Shown in pieces: positions 61,687-64,000 of a stretch of DNA of 64,000 bases (its first letter is position 1; each line of letters opens with the position of its first letter). The stretch comes from Fimicolochytrium jonesii. Its lineage: Eukaryota. The stretch spans positions 1,302,001 through 1,366,000 of the forward strand of contig NW_026515671.1 of NCBI RefSeq assembly GCF_025526975.1, in the 5' to 3' direction. A program made the position numbers and the translations under genes. The notes beneath the pieces were generated by a model. That model ran no database searches, had not been told where the DNA came from, and worked only from the letters and a program-made list of their open reading frames with translations.

Positions 61687-64000
61687 TCACTCGATTACCG
61701 AGACCTTCCAACCCGCACCGTTTTTCCGTAACCGCTCCCCGTCCTCGGTCGGCCCGAGCACCGCTATCGAGCTTTGCGCAGGGACGAGGTATCGGTTTGC
61801 AACTTCCTCAATTTGGGAGAGGGTGACGTTGAATAGGCGTTCGCGGCGTCTGGGAAACCGCGTGTTAGTATGCTCGATGAGAACGTCAAGTGCGGGGTAT
61901 GGGGACGAAGCTTACTCTTGCTGCATTTCCTCGGTGATGCCGTATTGGAACAATGCCATACCCTGTTTTGACGCAAAGACAATTGAGGAAGCGCATGGAT
62001 CAGTCAGTTAGTCCTCCCCGTTTCAAGATAAGCCCCTAACGTCCTCCCTCTTCCGCATTATCCATCGCACATACCTCATCAGAGGCGCTCTTCGGCGCAT
62101 CCACATTCTGGAACACAGACAATTTCGCCTCATCCAGCTCCCTTTGCCCCAATTCCCTTGTCGCGTTCGCGGCCCACTGCACCGCTTTCTTATACGTGCT
62201 GAGGGTGTTGTCCAGACCTGTGGGTGGGTCGCGGTACGAAAATAGAGACATGGTGCCTTCCAAGGGCGAGTAGGATGCACCACCGCCGTAGGCGCCGCCT
62301 TTTTCGCGGATCTCGCGGTGGAGGAAGTTGTGGGTCATTAAGGAGGAGAGGAGCTGAGCGAAGGAAGTTTAAATAGGATGTAAGCGGCTAAGTGCAAAGT
62401 GTTCCGGAAGTCCTGGAAGTTCCACCGGGCATTACCTGGAGCGCTGGTCCATCGGCGTGCGTATACGGCACGCCCAGATAAGACTTTGCAGTGAAATTCA
62501 CCGCGATGGGGAGTGCGAAGAACTGCTTGCCGAACGTCGGCGCCGACTCCTTTCCAGGCTGTGCTTGTGGCGCCACTCCATTCGTCCACTTGAGCCCCTC
62601 CAAAAGCCCACCCATCTTCTCCGCATGCACATTACACGTCTCCGGTACAGCATTCACCGCCGCCCTGGTCGCCGCCTCACTCCTCAAAACGGCCTCGGAA
62701 ATCTCCTTCAGGGTCGTTGAGATCTGTTCCACGTCAGCGACCCCATTCCGCGCAAGCCCGCCAAGGAACCCGACCTGGGTCAGACCAGACAAGGTCTCCA
62801 GCAGTGCGCCGGACTTTGTCAGTCCCGCCGCGGCGGCTTTCATGGCGTAACGATGGCCGCTCTGCACGATTCCCTGGTTGGCGTCGCTGGCGCTGGTGAG
62901 GACGACGGTCTGCAGGCGTTCGAGTTCCTGCCAGGAGGCGGCGGCGATAATCTCGTGGAGGAGGTCGTACATGTTGCCGATGTTCTTGTCGAGACAGTTG
63001 GACGACCAGAGAAGGGCGGCGTTGAGTTCGGTAAGACACTGTGGTGTGGACGATGCGAGGATATCCGCACCGATTCCGCCTGTGTATTTGCGGACCGCTT
63101 CATCTAGGACGGGAAGTGATCGCTTGGCGGTCCCGAGTGCAGCGAGAGCCTAAAAAGTACTAGGTCAGCAGCAAGTTTCGGAAACGAGGATAGATGTTGA
63201 AGGAAAGCCCTCACATTGGTGTACAGTGGTAGGTATTTCACCAACTCAGGTGGCATGGTGCTCACGTCCTTCTTTAGAGATACGTACGACACGCCATTGG
63301 TAGCCGTTTTTCGCCATTGTACGGGAGTTCCGGCAAGCACAGTGTTCTCTGTTGGGTACGATTTTCCGTGTTTAGCGATGTCGTTGACGGTCAAGGTCGG
63401 CAGGCAAGAGATATCTTGCTTCCCCTCTTGGCTCTCCGCCAGCTTGAGACCCTCCTCATAGATCCGCTTCTTCTCAGTTTCTGACAAAGCCGCAATCTTC
63501 TCATTCAATCGCTCCTTTTCGTTCAGGTTCAGCGCGTCATTGTATTTCTCATCCGGCTCCATGACGAATGTCAATCGGTGCTTGTTGTTGAGAAAGTATT
63601 TCTCGATTCGTGATTCAAAGAAGCCCGGCTTCACAATCTCCTCCCGCAGCCGCGCGATATGCTCGGTCACCTGCAGGAACTCTAATGGGTCGCCGCCATG
63701 TACCCAATGGCTCACAACCTGCTGACCGAGCATCATACCAAAATTGGCTTTGCGGTGTTTTAGACCGAGCTCGGTTTGATGAATGACCGTTTCGATGCGC
63801 TCCGGGTCGAAACCTGTTTGTGCGGCCGTACGAAGCACATCCATGATCTTGTTTTCGACAGTTGCTTCGTCCTCCTTTTTGATGCCCTGCACACCAAATG
63901 ACACGTTCGTGATGCGAGTGTGCGAGTTGTAACCTGTTGTGACAGCAAAGTCTGTTCCGATTTTCGATTCGATGAGCGCTTCGTACATGGGGGCGGCGGC
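61687..64000 (-). CDS. CYM1: Mitochondrial presequence protease (PreP/Cym1, M16C), 3' part; starts beyond window
   Basis: YEALIES, LPTLTVNDI, ATNGVSY, SGHRYAM, FLHREIREKGGAYGGGA, SYRDP, VFQNVDAP; stop at 61687-89. Confidence 0.94.

Overview
Gene-dense eukaryotic DNA with short GT-AG introns, most consistent with an early-diverging (zoosporic, chytrid-like) fungus. This is inferred from fungal-type ADE5,7 and RTA1, a PPIL6-like cyclophilin and a Crinkler-like domain. About 22 host genes are recognisable, including AIF-like oxidoreductase, CRIPT, GT92, cytochrome c, PPIL2, BCAT, COA1, SMYD-like, FN3K, SNRNP40, Rad60/Esc2-like, PAP2, RasGEF, ADE5,7, FMO, RTA1 and PreP/Cym1. Two accessory regions stand out. 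(1) About 45.2-48.35 kb holds a 7-exon, apparently intact Fanzor1-type (eukaryotic TnpB-like, RNA-guided RuvC nuclease) gene of ~764 aa. It has a D-E-D triad, a zinc finger and an N-terminal NLS, and is followed by a structured non-coding segment that is a candidate omegaRNA. No transposase or TIRs were seen in the window. (2) About 5.6-12.4 kb is a non-coding repeat mosaic carrying ~14 copies of a covarying, often UNCG-capped three-way-junction motif on the minus strand that I cannot assign to a known RNA family. All calls come from reading the sequence by eye; no searches were run.
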